Position numbers and translations under genes: made by a program
Notes under the pieces: generated by a model
The model's input: only the letters and a program-made list of their open reading frames with translations
What the model was told of the DNA's origin: nothing
The model's database searches: none
In this document: one piece after another, positions 15,969-16,754 of the stretch
Layout of the letters: each line of letters opens with the position of its first letter
Numbering within the stretch: the first letter of the stretch is position 1
NCBI GenBank assembly: GCA_002794465.1
Contig: MTSL01000025.1
Span: 1 to 16,754, forward strand
Direction: 5' to 3'
DNA: 16,754 nucleotides
From: Paramicrosporidium saccamoebae KSL3
Lineage: Eukaryota; Fungi; Cryptomycota

Positions 15969-16512
15969 TCTCACCCGCGGCACTGTTTAGTCGGATATTA
16001 TTGGCGAGAAGAGTTTAATTAGCAGTGTGGCTGTAAAGTGATGGCTAAGAGGCCTCGGCCCGTAGATTTTGCGGGGTTGGTAGTAGTTACTGAGGGATTT
16101 TGATCCTTTACGTTCTCTGTTAAACAGTATCCGCTTATAATTGGCGGGTCCAGCCCAGATGGGTGATCTCACAATCCCTTCCTGTATTGTTGGGGATGGC
16201 GGCCTATAAAGACGCCTTTAATAAAGCTATTTTCGTTCATTCAATATGCTCTCTCAACAGGCCTTTAATCCCCTATCCGTGGCTATGATGCACTCTTATT
16301 GACTATCTTACTTGCCAACCAAATTAAATGCAGCGACTTGCTTCGAACATGGGGGCTCGGACGTTTTATGATAGCGAGATTATAAAGATGTGCTATTGGG
16401 CTCTTTCTTGCTAGTCGACACCCGGGAAACAACAGGGTTGCCTGCCCCAGTGCAAACCCCAACCTGCTCGCTACTTATAGACTGAATGTCTGATTGTTTA
16501 TTTTAGCTGTGT

Positions 16513-16754
16513 TTAGTCTGCGAGACTGCTTGGCTCATCGTTAATAAGATAAATGAGAGCTTCAACCATGAGTCTTGCGTGTTGGATAGGCATTCTCACT
16601 GTTTTAAAACAGGTTTGGCTCCCCTGGCTTGGGTAAAACTTTGGATATTTCTCCTCCTCGCCAAAAGGATCAATGGTTTCAGCGGCGTTTACCTCATAGC
16701 CGAGCTTTTCTGAGAATCTTTGCATAAATTCCTTGTACTCGGCCCCACCATGGA
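16513..16754 (-). CDS. 3' end of an unidentified protein-coding gene continuing beyond the window
   Basis: Frame is open to the window edge (HGGAEYKEFMQRFSEKLGYEV...MPIQHARLMVEALIYLINDEPSSLAD*), with AATAAA 11 nt after the stop (16497-16502). No family recognised. Confidence 0.6.
   Translation of the reverse strand, partial: HGGAEYKEFMQRFSEKLGYEVNAAETIDPFGEEEKYPKFYPSQGSQTCFKTVRMPIQHARLMVEALIYLINDEPSSLAD

Noticed and set aside
1-16754. tRNA, rRNA, transposon or alternative genetic code
   Set aside because: No cloverleaf/T-loop, rRNA, transposase, RT or terminal repeats seen. In-frame stops in recognised genes are explained by introns under the standard code.

Overview
Gene-dense eukaryotic (fungal/opisthokont-like) genomic DNA. 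There is no sign of prokaryotic organisation, CRISPR arrays, tRNA/rRNA genes or mobile elements. I reconstruct 12 protein-coding genes: an unidentified multi-pass membrane protein (partial), SEC63, an MFS_1-like transporter, NSA2, ribosomal protein eL42 (RPL42/L44/RPL36A), the meiotic crossover helicase MER3/HFM1, a multi-TM RING-H2 E3 ligase, a PSR1/CTDSP-type HAD phosphatase, two BEM46/ABHD13 alpha/beta-hydrolase paralogs flanking a mitochondrial-type phosphatidylserine decarboxylase, and the 3' end of an unidentified gene. Several genes appear as fragments in the ORF track because they are split by about 16 very short (about 25-40 nt) spliceosomal introns, which I placed by hand using GT-AG ends and frame restoration. 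Some intergenic gaps are only 27-92 nt. Micro-introns, extreme compaction and a mitochondrial presequence together suggest a compact-genome early-diverging fungus or microsporidian relative (Rozellomycota-like; inference only). Most notable: a G-rich motif shared by MER3 introns, two minisatellite expansions flanking the MER3 zinc finger, one SEC63 intron that must be GC-AG or only 20-23 nt, an identical 15-mer upstream of both BEM46 paralogs, a variant PSD self-cleavage motif (MGSL), and two unexplained gaps.
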